From assembly GCA_031414955.1 (NCBI GenBank), contig JANOQV010000173.1, positions 1 to 58,339 of the forward strand: a DNA stretch of 58,339 bases. The letters run 5' to 3'. Numbering within the stretch: position 1 is the first letter of the stretch; each line of letters opens with the position of its first letter. Of the stretch, positions 32,582 through 42,881 are shown one piece after another. Source of the DNA: Pedosphaera sp. (GTDB lineage: Bacteria; Verrucomicrobiota; Verrucomicrobiia; Limisphaerales; SIBH01). The notes beneath the pieces are model-generated. The model saw nothing but the letters and a program-made list of their open reading frames with translations, did no database searches and was not told the DNA's origin. The translations under genes were made by a program, and so were the position numbers.

Positions 32582-33649
32582 ATGAATTCCCAAATGGAGT
32601 GTCGGCTGATTTTCATGGTGTTCCTTTTCACCGCGCTGTCCGGCGCGCTCGCAGCGGACCCGGCGCGCAAAACGAACAACCTGATCGTGGTGAATTACGA
32701 TCCCATCCTGCGCGAGCGCGGAGGCACCAACTTGCAACGCTTCCTGCGCTGGAACAATCCGCGGCCCATGACCACGAATCTCATTCGCCACCTTCGCGAG
32801 TCGAGCGGCGGCTACGCGAACTTCAATCTGGTGGATTGGATCGACGTGGATGCGTTCCCCATGAAGCGCGACGGGTTTCGCTACTCGGAGCAGTCGTTCC
32901 TCGAAATGTGGAAGGACAAAACGAAGGCGCACCAGCCGGACAGCGTGAGCTACGCGGCGATTTTCAAGGAATTGAACCTGGCCGAGCGCGTGCGCAAGGA
33001 CGACGTGAGCGAAGTCTGGGTTTGGGGTGCGCCGTATTTCGGCACGGACGAATACGCGATGAAGATTCCCGGCGACCAAGTGTTCTACCCGGCCGACAAC
33101 GTGTGGTTTTATCGTCCCTACGACATTCCCGACTGCGGCCGCACGGTTTGGGTGATGGGTTTCAATTACGAAGTGGGCGAGGACAACGCGCTGCACAGCT
33201 TCGGTCATCGGTGTGAGGGGATTCTCTCGCTCACCGTCGGGCGCGGCGTGTGGACGGGCAAAGCTGGCGGGACGAATGTGTGGAGTCGCTTTACGCGGCA
33301 GGCCGACAAGTATCCCGACGACGCGCAGGTCGGCAATGTCCACGGCGGCCCGAACGCGAAGAGCGGTTACGATTACGGCCAGACGAACCTCGTGATGTCG
33401 GGCGCGGAGGACTGGCTGAATTATCCGAACCTCACAGGCGCAAGGCAGCCGGTGAACTGCGACACCTGGGGGCGACCACATCATTTGAATTTTCAGAAAT
33501 GGTGGCACGGGCACCTGCCGCGCAGCGCGGGCGTGACCGATGGTTTCTACAACAACTGGTGGCGCTACATCGTGGACTACGATGCAGCGGTGCAGGAGTT
33601 GCCGCCGCCCGGCGGCAAACTGCGCCGGCCGGCGAAGGCGATGTATTGA
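32582..33649 (+). CDS. Secreted hypothetical protein
   Basis: Signal peptide, EVWVWG, MGFNYE...HSFGHRCE, HGGPN...YDY, NNWWRY. Host-like codon usage. Confidence 0.85.
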   Translation: MNSQMECRLIFMVFLFTALSGALAADPARKTNNLIVVNYDPILRERGGTNLQRFLRWNNPRPMTTNLIRHLRESSGGYANFNLVDWIDVDAFPMKRDGFRYSEQSFLEMWKDKTKAHQPDSVSYAAIFKELNLAERVRKDDVSEVWVWGAPYFGTDEYAMKIPGDQVFYPADNVWFYRPYDIPDCGRTVWVMGFNYEVGEDNALHSFGHRCEGILSLTVGRGVWTGKAGGTNVWSRFTRQADKYPDDAQVGNVHGGPNAKSGYDYGQTNLVMSGAEDWLNYPNLTGARQPVNCDTWGRPHHLNFQKWWHGHLPRSAGVTDGFYNNWWRYIVDYDAAVQELPPPGGKLRRPAKAMY

Positions 33650-33891
33650 GGGCGCGGGGAAGTTGTCAGTGCTCAGTCGTTCGGAGAGGCTTCCGTCCTT
33701 CTCGCGGAAGTTTTTACAACTGGGCGCGCGGTGAAATGATCCTCCTTTGAACAAATTTTGAAGTCGCGGTGTCTTTAGGGGCAAGGGGCAAGCACCGGGC
33801 GGTGAACAAGAACCGCAGTCAGATGGCGTCCTCCCTGGGATGGGTTTTTCAGGGAATGAGCGCGGCCTGCGGTGCCTCCCGGGAATTATTT

Positions 33892-35484
33892 ATGAAGATA
33901 CGACGAGCTTTCTTTTTTGGATTTGTTCTGGCGCTGGCTGTGGGCGCGTTGGTGCCGGTCTGGCAGCGAATCGGAGTAACGACCGTGCGGGCGGCGGAGA
34001 AATCACCCGCCCTCAAGGCTCCCAGCATCGTGCTCAATCAAGCGCCCCTGGCCAAGGAGGGGCGCGGCCTCACCACGTTTGCGCCGGTGGTGAAGAAGGT
34101 CGCGCCCAGTGTGGTGACCATTCACTCGACCAAGACGGTGCGCCGCTCGTCGATGGGTTCGCCCTTCAATGATCCGGCCTTCCGCCGGTTCTTCGGCGAA
34201 CCGGATGAGGATGCGCCTCCGGCCAGTCCGCGCGGGCGCGGTGGTCGCCGCGCGCCGCAGCTCCGCCCCGAGAAGCAGGAGGGTCTCGGCTCGGGCGTCA
34301 TCATCAGCGCGGACGGTTACATCCTGAGCAACAACCATGTCGTCGATGGGGCCGATGAAGTGAGGGTGTCGCTCAGTGGCAGCGAGGAGGAATACGTGGC
34401 CAAGGTCATCGGTACCGATCCGCAGACGGATATTTCGGTGCTCAAGATCAACGCGAAGAATCTGCCGCCCATCACCATCACGGACAGCGACAATCTCCAG
34501 GTCGGCGATGTGGTGCTGGCCGTGGGCAATCCGATTGGCGTCGGGCAGACGGTGACGATGGGCATCGTCAGCGCCACTGGCCGCGGCAAGTTTGGCATCG
34601 TGGATTACGAGGACTTCATCCAGACGGACGCGGCGATCAACATGGGCAACTCCGGCGGCGCGCTGGTCGATGCCGAGGGACGGTTGGTGGGTATCAATAC
34701 CGCCATCATCAGCCCGACGGGCGGGAGCATCGGACTGGGCTTCGCGGTGCCGATCAACATGGCGCGACGCGTGATGGACTCGCTCATTAGCGACGGCAAG
34801 GTGACACGCGGCTATCTTGGCATCCAGTTGCATCCCGACATCAGCGCGTCCGAGGCCAAAGTGTTTAAGTTGAAGGATCGCAGCGGCGCAATGGTGGATG
34901 ATGTGCGGCCGGGCAGTCCGGCCCAGCAGGCCGGCGTTCAACCCGGCGACGTGGTGAAGGAACTGGACGGCAAGAAAGTTCCGGACAGCCGGCAGTTCCG
35001 CCTGTGGGTGTCGCAGACCCCACCCAACACCAAAGTCACCTTGAAGCTATGGCGTGATGGTGCGGAGAAGAGTGTCACGGCGACGCTCGGCACGTTGAAG
35101 ATGGAGGAGCTGGCCGGCGGCCCCGATGCCAATCGCAAACCGCCGCAAAAAAATTCCGATGCCCTGGCCGGCGTGGAGGTTGCTGACTTGGATCGGGTGG
35201 CTCGGCGTGAGTCGGGTATTCCGACCAGCGTCCAGGGAGCCTTGATTACCGCGGTTGATCCTGAATCGAAGGCGGCGGAAGCCAAGTTGCAGGCTGGCGA
35301 TGTGATTCTTGAGATCAATCGCCAGAAGGTGAAGAGCGCGCAGGAAGCCATCGACCTGAGCGAGAAGTTCAAGAATGATGAGCCGATCTTATTGCGGATC
35401 TGGTCGGCCGGGCGTAGCGGGGTTGGCTCTCAGCGCATTGTGGTCGTAGAAGCCGAGACGGCGGACAAAGAAGCCGAGAAGTAA
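33892..35484 (+). CDS. Do/DegQ family serine endoprotease
   Basis: GLGSGVII, NNHVV, IQTDAAINMGNSGG, two PDZ domains. Confidence 0.96.
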   Translation: MKIRRAFFFGFVLALAVGALVPVWQRIGVTTVRAAEKSPALKAPSIVLNQAPLAKEGRGLTTFAPVVKKVAPSVVTIHSTKTVRRSSMGSPFNDPAFRRFFGEPDEDAPPASPRGRGGRRAPQLRPEKQEGLGSGVIISADGYILSNNHVVDGADEVRVSLSGSEEEYVAKVIGTDPQTDISVLKINAKNLPPITITDSDNLQVGDVVLAVGNPIGVGQTVTMGIVSATGRGKFGIVDYEDFIQTDAAINMGNSGGALVDAEGRLVGINTAIISPTGGSIGLGFAVPINMARRVMDSLISDGKVTRGYLGIQLHPDISASEAKVFKLKDRSGAMVDDVRPGSPAQQAGVQPGDVVKELDGKKVPDSRQFRLWVSQTPPNTKVTLKLWRDGAEKSVTATLGTLKMEELAGGPDANRKPPQKNSDALAGVEVADLDRVARRESGIPTSVQGALITAVDPESKAAEAKLQAGDVILEINRQKVKSAQEAIDLSEKFKNDEPILLRIWSAGRSGVGSQRIVVVEAETADKEAEK

Positions 35485-35503
35485 ACGTGGCTAATATTTC
35501 CAG

Positions 35504-35535
35504 GGGGCGCGGCACAAGAGTGTCGCGCCCCTTTT
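35504..35535. terminator. Terminator hairpin between convergent genes
   Basis: GGGGCGCGGCAC-AAGA-GTGTCGCGCCCC followed by TTTT. Confidence 0.7.
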
Positions 35536-36283
35536 ATTTCTCTCCCTGGCCGGGCCAGGTGCGGCCCACGTTGGCCTTCTTGGATTTCAATTCGGTCAGG
35601 CGTTTGTTCCAGCCTGCCCGACTCGCCTCCCACGATTCGCCTGTGAACTTTGCCCGGGCGTCAGCAACGGCTTTATCGGCGATGGAAAGCTGGCGCGCGA
35701 AGCTCGGCTTGTCCGACCACTGCTCGAAGGATTCCAGCAAAGCGAGCTGGTTTTCCGGGAACTCAGGATGCAATTGCGCAGCGCGTTCCAGATGTTCGCG
35801 AGCCTTCTTCTTGTCCCCCAGGCTCGTTGGCCAGCCGGGGGCATCACGATAAAGGTACCCGAGCGAACGATCCGGCCCGGCGTAATCCACATGTGGGTCG
35901 TGATCGCGCGCACGGAGAAATTCTTCCTCCATCTCGCGGACAATCTTGATCGCGCCGAGCAGTTTGGTGCGCGCAAGCTGCCCCAGGTTCATCCCCAGCC
36001 AGTAATGCGCGGCGGCATTGGTGGGGGCACGGTCGAGTGCACGCCGGGCGGCATTGATGCCGGCTACGGCGATTGGCTCACGCTGCTCATCGCTGGTGGC
36101 GAACTCTGCCCAGTCGAAGGCGGCGCGCGCGAATTGCAGCAGGGCGGTGAGGTTGTTGGTTTCGAGTTGGGCGAGCCTTTGGGCTTGCTCGAAGGTGCGT
36201 TCCGCGCGGGAGGCGAAGCTCGTTTCCGCCCCAGGCGTGGACACGCCGGAGAGCACCAGCGCGCAACCAATCGCCCGGCTCAT
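35534..36283 (-). CDS. TPR-repeat (TatT-like) secreted protein
   Basis: AAAHYWLGMNLG, GPDRSLGYLYRDAPGWP-SLGD-KKAREHLERA. Start uncertain (36283 or 36298). Confidence 0.8.
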   Translation of the reverse strand: MSRAIGCALVLSGVSTPGAETSFASRAERTFEQAQRLAQLETNNLTALLQFARAAFDWAEFATSDEQREPIAVAGINAARRALDRAPTNAAAHYWLGMNLGQLARTKLLGAIKIVREMEEEFLRARDHDPHVDYAGPDRSLGYLYRDAPGWPTSLGDKKKAREHLERAAQLHPEFPENQLALLESFEQWSDKPSFARQLSIADKAVADARAKFTGESWEASRAGWNKRLTELKSKKANVGRTWPGQGEK

Positions 36284-36359
36284 TGTTGAAACAAGCATGA
36301 GCCAAAACCTGTCAGAAAACAATGTTGCCAATCCCTTCACCACTTCTATAGTGCCGCCG

Positions 36360-36560
36360 GTGAAATGGGATTGGAAATGTATTCGTTTGCTGGCCTTGCT
36401 GGCCCTCGTCGTCTGCGGCGCGGGGTGCGGAGGCATCAATGGACGGTACAGCATTTCTCCCGCGTCGTTTTTCCTCCCCGGCCTCTTGAAGAATGAGGCT
36501 CCGGCGCCGCGCGACTCCATTCCGGCGGCTCCGCCGGGCGAAATGCTCGCCCAAAAGTAA
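36360..36560 (+). CDS. Small putative lipoprotein
   Basis: LLALLALVVCGAGC lipobox-like motif. TTGCCA-N16-TATAGT promoter 7 nt upstream of the GTG. Stop is 3 nt before hpnH. Confidence 0.7.
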   Translation: MKWDWKCIRLLALLALVVCGAGCGGINGRYSISPASFFLPGLLKNEAPAPRDSIPAAPPGEMLAQK

Positions 36561-36563
36561 AAT

Positions 36564-37940
36564 ATGAGGTTTCCATTGGCGCTGACCGCGAAGATCGCGG
36601 GGCACATCATTAAACACAAGGTCCGCAAGACCCCGAAATTCGCCATGGTGTTGCAGCTTGAACCGCTGCACACCTGCAACCTCACCTGCACCGGCTGCGG
36701 CCGCATCCGCGAATACTCCACCAACCTCAAGGACATGGTGCCGCTGGAGCAGTGCCTGGCCGCCGCCGTCGATTGCGACGCGCCGATGGTCAGCATCTGC
36801 GGCGGTGAGCCGCTGATTTACCCGAAGATCGAGGAGTTGATCGTGGGACTGCGCGAGCAGGGCCGCGTCATTTATGTCTGCACGAACGGCGTGTTCATGC
36901 GCAAGAAGATGCGCGATTACATGACGGCGAACTGGTCGCCGAAGATGGAGCCGAAACTCCAGCAGCTTGAAACGGAGAATCTGATCACGCCCAAGGAGGC
37001 GGAAGCAATTCGCACAGCGGAACCGGCGGCGCGCAATAAGGTCACCATCAAGCCCAGCAAGTGGATGTATTGGAACGTCCATGTCGATGGCCTGGAATAC
37101 ACGCACGACTTGATCGTGGAGCGCGAGGGCGTCTTCAAGGAATGCGTCAGCGCGATGAAGATGGCGAAGATTCTCGGCTATCAGGTCGCAACCAACACGA
37201 CGGTGTACAAGGAAACCGAAGTGCAGGAGATCGAGGACATGTTCAAGTTCCTCAGTTCGCTCGAAGTCGATGGCCACACCATTTCGCCCGGCTACGATTA
37301 CGACGCGGCGAAGAAGGACATGGTCAAGCGCCTCGGCCGCGACCCGAAGGAATTTTTCCTCACGCGCGACATGACGCGGAAAAAGTTCGCCAAGATTCAA
37401 GAGTGGGGAAAGCACTTCACCATTTTCGGCACGCCGGTCTATCAGGAATTCCTCAACGGCAAACGCGAGCTGACCTGCACCGCGTGGGCCATTCCGACCT
37501 TCAACGTGCGCGGCTGGAAAGCGCCGTGCTACCTGATGACGGACGGCCACTATCCGAGCTACACCGAGATGCTGGAGAAGGTGCAGTGGGAGAAATACGG
37601 CGTGGTCAACGGCGTGGCGCGCGACCCGCGCTGCGAGCACTGCATGGTGCATTGCGGTTACGACCCGAGCGGCGCGCTGGGCACGAACTACCAGTCCGGC
37701 GACAACTGGAAGAACGTCAAATACAACTTCGGCGCAAAACCCAAACCGTGGGCCAAGAGCGCCGCGTTGGAGAAGACGGCCTTCAACGGCGTGAGCATCG
37801 GCAAGGGCCACCTCGCGGAAGCGAAGGCGGCGATCAATCCGGCGGCGGGCGCACGCGGGGCGTTTTCACGCAAGGAAGACCCGCACACCCACGAGACCGA
37901 TTCCACTGCGGTTCACCCAATCCAATCCGAGTCGGAGTAA
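36564..37940 (+). CDS. hpnH: Adenosyl-hopene transferase HpnH (radical SAM, DUF3463 C-terminus)
   Basis: LEPLHTCNLTCTGCGRI, SICGGEPL, CTAWAIP, PCYL, DPRCEHCMVHCGY. Confidence 0.9.
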   Translation: MRFPLALTAKIAGHIIKHKVRKTPKFAMVLQLEPLHTCNLTCTGCGRIREYSTNLKDMVPLEQCLAAAVDCDAPMVSICGGEPLIYPKIEELIVGLREQGRVIYVCTNGVFMRKKMRDYMTANWSPKMEPKLQQLETENLITPKEAEAIRTAEPAARNKVTIKPSKWMYWNVHVDGLEYTHDLIVEREGVFKECVSAMKMAKILGYQVATNTTVYKETEVQEIEDMFKFLSSLEVDGHTISPGYDYDAAKKDMVKRLGRDPKEFFLTRDMTRKKFAKIQEWGKHFTIFGTPVYQEFLNGKRELTCTAWAIPTFNVRGWKAPCYLMTDGHYPSYTEMLEKVQWEKYGVVNGVARDPRCEHCMVHCGYDPSGALGTNYQSGDNWKNVKYNFGAKPKPWAKSAALEKTAFNGVSIGKGHLAEAKAAINPAAGARGAFSRKEDPHTHETDSTAVHPIQSESE

Positions 37941-37960
37941 CGAGCTTCGCAAGAATACCT

Positions 37961-39451
37961 ATGTCCAAGACGCTATTTCTTTCCCCTCCATCCTTTGACG
38001 GTTTCGACGGCGGCGCAGGTTCGCGCTACCAGGCACGGCGTGAAGTCACCTCGTTCTGGTATCCGACGTGGCTGGCGCAACCAGCCGCGATGGTGCCGAA
38101 CTCGACGCTGATGGACTGCCCGCCGCACGGCATCGACATCAAGCAATGTCTGGAGAAGGCCAAGGGCTACGACCACGTCATCATCCACACCAGCACGCCT
38201 TCGCTGCGCAACGACTGCAAGGTCGCCGAGGCCATCAAGGCCAACCGCCCCGAGACCAAGATCGGATTCATCGGCGCGCACGCTGCGGTGCTGCCCATCG
38301 AAACGCTCAAGGCGTCGCCGGCCATTGATTGGGTTGCGCGCAAGGAATTCGATTTCACCTGCAAGGAAGTCGCGGAGGGCCGCCCACTCTCCGAGGTCAC
38401 TGGTCTCAGCTATCGCGACACGGATGGAAAGTTCAAGCACACCGGCGAACGCGAGTTGATCACGAACATGGACGTGCTCCCGTGGGTCGCGGACGTGTAC
38501 AAGCGCGACCTCGACATCGAAAAGTATTTCATCGGCTACCTCCAGCATCCTTACGTCTCGATGTACACCGGGCGCGGTTGCCCGGCGCAATGCACGTTCT
38601 GCCTCTGGCCGCAGACCATCGGCGGGCACAAGTACCGCGTCCGCTCGGCGCAGAATGTCGCCGACGAGATGGCCTACATGAAGCAGCTCTTCCCGCAGGT
38701 GAAGGAGTTTTTCTTCGACGACGACACCTTCACCGCGAACCTCCCGCGCGCGCGCGAAATCGCCAAGAAGCTCGCGCCGCTCGGCGTGACCTGGAGTTGC
38801 AACAGCCGCGCGAACCTCGACTACGACACCATCAGCTACTTCAAGGACTGCGGCCTGCGCCTCTTCCTCGTCGGCTACGAGAGCGGCAACGACGAGACGC
38901 TCAAGCGGATCAAGAAAGGCGTGACCACGGCCGAGATGCGCCGCTTCACCAAGGACTGCCACAAGGCGGGCGTGGTGATTCACGGCACGTTCATCCTCGG
39001 CCTGCCCGTCGAGACGCGCGAGACCATCGAGCAGACGATCAACTTCGCGAAGGATCTGGACGTGTTCAGCCTTCAGGTTTCGCTCGCGGCGCCGTATCCC
39101 GGCACCGAACTGTTCGAGCAGGCCAAGCTCAACGGCTGGTTCACCAAGAAGGACAAGACCGATCTCGTGGAATCCGACGGCTTCCAGCAAAGCTCGCTCG
39201 AATATCCTGGCCTGAGCAAAGACGACATCTTCGCGTCGCTCGAGGAATTCTACCACCGCTACTACTTCAACAAGTTCGGCAAGCTCCTCATCCCGCGCCG
39301 TCCGTCCTGGCGCATCTTCAAGTCGATGCTCCAGGACAAGGACGTGTTCATGCGCCGCGCGCGCGAAGGAGCCGAGTTCTTTAAGAGCCTGTCGCAACGC
39401 CGCACGGACCTCGCGGCGCAGAGAACTGCGACCGCGACCGCTACGGCCTGA
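37961..39451 (+). CDS. hpnJ: Hopanoid biosynthesis radical SAM protein HpnJ
   Basis: PPSFDGFDGGAGSRYQA, FWYPTWLAQPAA, GRGCPAQCTFCLWPQT. Confidence 0.95.
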   Translation: MSKTLFLSPPSFDGFDGGAGSRYQARREVTSFWYPTWLAQPAAMVPNSTLMDCPPHGIDIKQCLEKAKGYDHVIIHTSTPSLRNDCKVAEAIKANRPETKIGFIGAHAAVLPIETLKASPAIDWVARKEFDFTCKEVAEGRPLSEVTGLSYRDTDGKFKHTGERELITNMDVLPWVADVYKRDLDIEKYFIGYLQHPYVSMYTGRGCPAQCTFCLWPQTIGGHKYRVRSAQNVADEMAYMKQLFPQVKEFFFDDDTFTANLPRAREIAKKLAPLGVTWSCNSRANLDYDTISYFKDCGLRLFLVGYESGNDETLKRIKKGVTTAEMRRFTKDCHKAGVVIHGTFILGLPVETRETIEQTINFAKDLDVFSLQVSLAAPYPGTELFEQAKLNGWFTKKDKTDLVESDGFQQSSLEYPGLSKDDIFASLEEFYHRYYFNKFGKLLIPRRPSWRIFKSMLQDKDVFMRRAREGAEFFKSLSQRRTDLAAQRTATATATA

Positions 39452-39555
39452 CCGTACGGTCTTGGTGAAAAGTGCTGCTCGGGGAGTATTTGATCCAACA
39501 GGGCGTGATTGGACGTTGGACTTCGCCTCTCGGGCTGATAATTTCCATGCGGTTT

Positions 39556-39630
39556 GGGCGATTGGCGCAGTGGTAGCGCAGCTCCTTTACACGGAGATGG
39601 TCGGAGGTTCGAATCCTTCATCGCCTACCA
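39556..39630 (+). tRNA. tRNA-Val(TAC)
   Basis: Acceptor GGGCGAT/ATCGCCT, D-arm GCGC, anticodon loop TTTACAC, TTCGAAT T-loop, encoded CCA. Confidence 0.95.
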
Positions 39631-39638
39631 ATTTGAAT

Positions 39639-39668
39639 AACAGAAACTCGGAAAACAGAAACGCGGAA
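39639..39668 (+). repeat. 15-bp tandem duplication just downstream of tRNA-Val
   Basis: AACAGAAACTCGGAA AACAGAAACGCGGAA. Confidence 0.7.
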
Positions 39669-39710
39669 ATCCTCCTCGCTCCGGCCGCTGTTCCAGTTCA
39701 TAAACGCTTC

Positions 39711-39869
39711 ATGAAAACACGCGTCGTTTCCGCACTGCTGTTGCTCGCCACGGCGAGCTTTCTGTTCGCGCAGGCCGAACAGGTCAAAGGCAAAGCCAAA
39801 GACCTGAAGAAGAAGGTCGAAGGTCAGCAGACCAACCAGATCGACAAGGTTAATCCGTCGAAGACGTGA
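39711..39869 (+). CDS. Small secreted protein (52 aa)
   Basis: MKTRVVSALLLLATASFLFAQA signal peptide and a Lys-rich tail. Confidence 0.7.
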   Translation: MKTRVVSALLLLATASFLFAQAEQVKGKAKDLKKKVEGQQTNQIDKVNPSKT

Positions 39870-40432
39870 ACCGCCCCAAAGCCCAGGACTCGGTCCTGAG
39901 AGAGCCGCGAGTTGTGGCGGGTATATTCCTTATGGCCATCAGCGTTGCCCCGCTGATCGAAGGCGTCTTTCTCGTTTGCTTCGCGGAGATCGGGATTGCG
40001 TTGGCTTTGGCGGCGGCAGGCTGGTGGTTGCGCAAGTCGGCGGCAAATTTGTCTGGAGGCGGGAGATTAATGCTCGGCCAAAGTGGGCTGGCCTGCTGGC
40101 TTCGATTTACCACGGTCGCAGTGCCGATCATGTTCCTCGCCTATGTTCTCGGCTACGCTGTTTGCATGGATCGCCAATCCCCTACAAATCCGGGCGGCAC
40201 ATTCCAACATTTTCCTTCGTCTTTTCGTTGGGCACCCCGGGAGTGGGTCAGGAGGGCTTCGATTGCCTACGCCACACCATGGAAGCAAGCGACCATCTGG
40301 AACCTGATATACAGCCCGATGGACACACTCTATTTCTACCTGTTTCCCCGCACTCGCGCCGAGGAGGAGCGGTTGCGGGTCTTGGGTTATTACAAACAAC
40401 CTGTTCGCATTTTGTTACACCCACGGCGATAG
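39866..40432 (+). CDS. Hypothetical membrane protein
   Basis: 188 aa, about 3 hydrophobic segments, GTGA overlap with the upstream stop. Confidence 0.6.
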   Translation: MNRPKAQDSVLREPRVVAGIFLMAISVAPLIEGVFLVCFAEIGIALALAAAGWWLRKSAANLSGGGRLMLGQSGLACWLRFTTVAVPIMFLAYVLGYAVCMDRQSPTNPGGTFQHFPSSFRWAPREWVRRASIAYATPWKQATIWNLIYSPMDTLYFYLFPRTRAEEERLRVLGYYKQPVRILLHPRR

Positions 40433-40819
40433 GGCGTGTCTGGAATCAGGCCGGATCCGCAGTCCCTTCAAATCTTTGCGCTCATTCTCCTCCTTGCCAA
40501 CTTAGGCGAGTGATTTCAGAGCCGTTGACATGCTCCAAACCGGGCCGTCTTCGAGATAAACTCCGGTTGCCAGTCGCGGTGTTGTGCAAGCCCATGTGCG
40601 CTTCCTTCGTGCCCGGCGGCGAGAACCTGGAGTCAACCTGCATCCACTAGGGCACCGATTTCAGAGTTGCCTTTCCAGCCCGGCCATCAAAGCGGGTGGG
40701 GCGGGTTTGCTAAAGCAGGAGCGATCATTCGACGACAATATTCCCCCTTTTCCGGCCCTCAATCGAAGCGAAACAGATTGCCGCCAGACCGCGAGACGGG
40801 CTAAACACCGGCTAATCCA

Positions 40820-42397
40820 ATGAATTACTTTGCCCGGATCTTGAACCTTTGTCTTGGTGCGTTGGCGGCCTGCCTTCTTTCCGGTTGCGCGGGATTCCAA
40901 AGGCTCGAATCGCGACTGCCGAACATCGTGATCATATACGCGGATGACCTTGGTTATGGCGATGTGAGTTGCTACGGCGCGACCCGGGTGCAGACGCCAA
41001 ACATTGATCGCCTCGCGCGTGAGGGTTTGCGTTTCACGGACGCACACACCACATCGTCCACTTGCACGCCGTCGCGTTACTCAATGCTCACCGGCGAGTA
41101 TGCCTGGCGCCGGCGCGGTACGGGCGTTTTGCCCGGCGACGCGCCGCTCATCATCGAGCCGGGCCGCACGACGATGGCCACGGTGCTGCAACGCGCGGGC
41201 TACAAGACTGGCGTGGTGGGCAAGTGGCATCTGGGCCTTGGCGCGACCAACCTGGATTGGAACAGTGAGATCAAACCCGGTCCGCTGGAACTGGGCTTCG
41301 ACTATTCCTTCCTCATGCCGGCGACGGGCGATCGTGTGCCCTGTGTTTATATCGAGAACCATCGCGTCGTCGGACTGGACCGCAAGGATCCGATCAAGGT
41401 GAGTTTCGGCGAATACATCGGTGACGAGCCGACCGGGAAGAAGAATCCGGAACTGCTCACCATGCATCCCAGTCACGGCCACGACTTCACCATCGTGAAT
41501 GGCGTGAGCCGCATCGGCTATTCGAGCGGCGGTAAATCCGCGCGCTGGTCGGACGAAGACATGGCCGACACCTACGTGAAGAAAGCCTCGGCCTTCATCG
41601 AGCAGAACAAGCGCGCGCCGTTCTTCCTCTACTTCTCCACGCACGACATCCATGTGCCGCGGATGGCGCACGCGCGCTTCGCTGGCAAAAGCCCGATGGG
41701 ATTGCGCGGCGATGTGATTCTCGAGTTGGATTGGTGCGTGGGCGAGCTGATGGCCGTGCTCGAACGCAACGGACTGACCCAGGATACGCTGGTGGTTTTC
41801 TCCAGCGACAACGGCCCGGTGGTCGATGACGGCTACCAGGACGGCGCGAAGGAAAAACTCGGTGCGCATCGCCCGGCGGGACCGTTGCGTGGCGGCAAAT
41901 ACAGCATCTTCGAGGGCGGGACGCGCGTGCCGTTTGTAGTGCGCTGGCCGGGACGCGTGCAGCCCGGCGTGTCCGACGCGCTCATCTGCCAGGTGGATTT
42001 TTCTGCCACCTTCGCGGCGCTGACCGGGCAGGCGATTGACGTGAAGACTGCGCCGGACAGCCGGAACATTCTCCCCGCGTTGCTCGGCGATTCGCGCCAA
42101 GGACGCACCACGCTGGTCGAGCACTCCGGCGGACTGGCCATGCGCGAAGGCCACTGGAAGTTCATCCCCAAGCGCCCCGGCGTGAAACGCACTCAGTTCA
42201 CCGACACGGAGCCGGGCAACGATCCGGACTTCCAGTTTTACGACCTCGCATCGGATCTCGGCGAAACGAAGAACGTGGCCAAGGAGTATCCTGAGATCGT
42301 GGAGCGGTTGCGCGCGTTGCTCGAAGCGGAGAAGTCGAAGGGCTTCCCGCCGCCGTTGAAGGAGAATGCGAACAAGCCGGGGGCGAAAGCAGAGTAG
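40820..42397 (+). CDS. Arylsulfatase (sulfatase family)
   Basis: PNIVIIYADDLGYGD, CTPSRYSMLTG, GKWHLG, SSDNG. Confidence 0.96.
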   Translation: MNYFARILNLCLGALAACLLSGCAGFQRLESRLPNIVIIYADDLGYGDVSCYGATRVQTPNIDRLAREGLRFTDAHTTSSTCTPSRYSMLTGEYAWRRRGTGVLPGDAPLIIEPGRTTMATVLQRAGYKTGVVGKWHLGLGATNLDWNSEIKPGPLELGFDYSFLMPATGDRVPCVYIENHRVVGLDRKDPIKVSFGEYIGDEPTGKKNPELLTMHPSHGHDFTIVNGVSRIGYSSGGKSARWSDEDMADTYVKKASAFIEQNKRAPFFLYFSTHDIHVPRMAHARFAGKSPMGLRGDVILELDWCVGELMAVLERNGLTQDTLVVFSSDNGPVVDDGYQDGAKEKLGAHRPAGPLRGGKYSIFEGGTRVPFVVRWPGRVQPGVSDALICQVDFSATFAALTGQAIDVKTAPDSRNILPALLGDSRQGRTTLVEHSGGLAMREGHWKFIPKRPGVKRTQFTDTEPGNDPDFQFYDLASDLGETKNVAKEYPEIVERLRALLEAEKSKGFPPPLKENANKPGAKAE

Positions 42398-42436
42398 GGG
42401 ACCAGGCCGCCGGCCGGATGGTCGTGCCGTTCGACT

Positions 42437-42874
42437 TCACTCCAGCAACTCATCCGGCGCGACCTGAATTTGATCCGCAAGCTTCTTGGGGATTTTCACC
42501 GCCTTCATCTCGCCATTGTCGTGGGTCACGCAGACCACGGTCAGCGCGCCACGCGCGACTTCGGTGCGCTCGCCGTCGAGCTTGTAAATGCGGAACGCGT
42601 AGGTCAGCGCCTTGTTCTTCTTCTCCTTCACCAGCATGTGGACCTCGACCAGATCTTCGAAGCGCAACGGTGCGGAGTAGTCACACTCGGCGTGGACCCT
42701 CGGCCAGCCCAGCGGCGGGTCGGCGTCCTTCATCACCACCGAGAGCCCGATGGAACGGTAGAAGGCGTGCTCGGCCGTCTCCATGAACTTGAAGAAGTTC
42801 GAGTAGTGCATGATGCCGGCCATGTCGGTCTCGGAGAATTCGACGCGGCGCTGAATCTTGAACTCGTACGGCAT
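42437..42874 (-). CDS. Acyl-CoA thioesterase (4HBT/YbgC-like)
   Basis: RVEFSETDMAGIMHYSNF, APLRFED. Confidence 0.92.
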   Translation of the reverse strand: MPYEFKIQRRVEFSETDMAGIMHYSNFFKFMETAEHAFYRSIGLSVVMKDADPPLGWPRVHAECDYSAPLRFEDLVEVHMLVKEKKNKALTYAFRIYKLDGERTEVARGALTVVCVTHDNGEMKAVKIPKKLADQIQVAPDELLE

Positions 42875-42881
42875 GGGAGGA

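Noticed and set aside
31373..33784. 803-aa ORF that appears to extend TerC
   Set aside because: The extension is antisense to the 32582-33649 gene and crosses REP repeats. TerC starts at 32299.
37061..37960. Apparent 300-aa N-terminal extension of HpnJ
   Set aside because: It is an alternative frame of hpnH. HpnJ homology begins at ATG 37961.
40433..40819. Possible gene between the membrane protein and the sulfatase
   Set aside because: Only short, interrupted frames with no recognisable motif.
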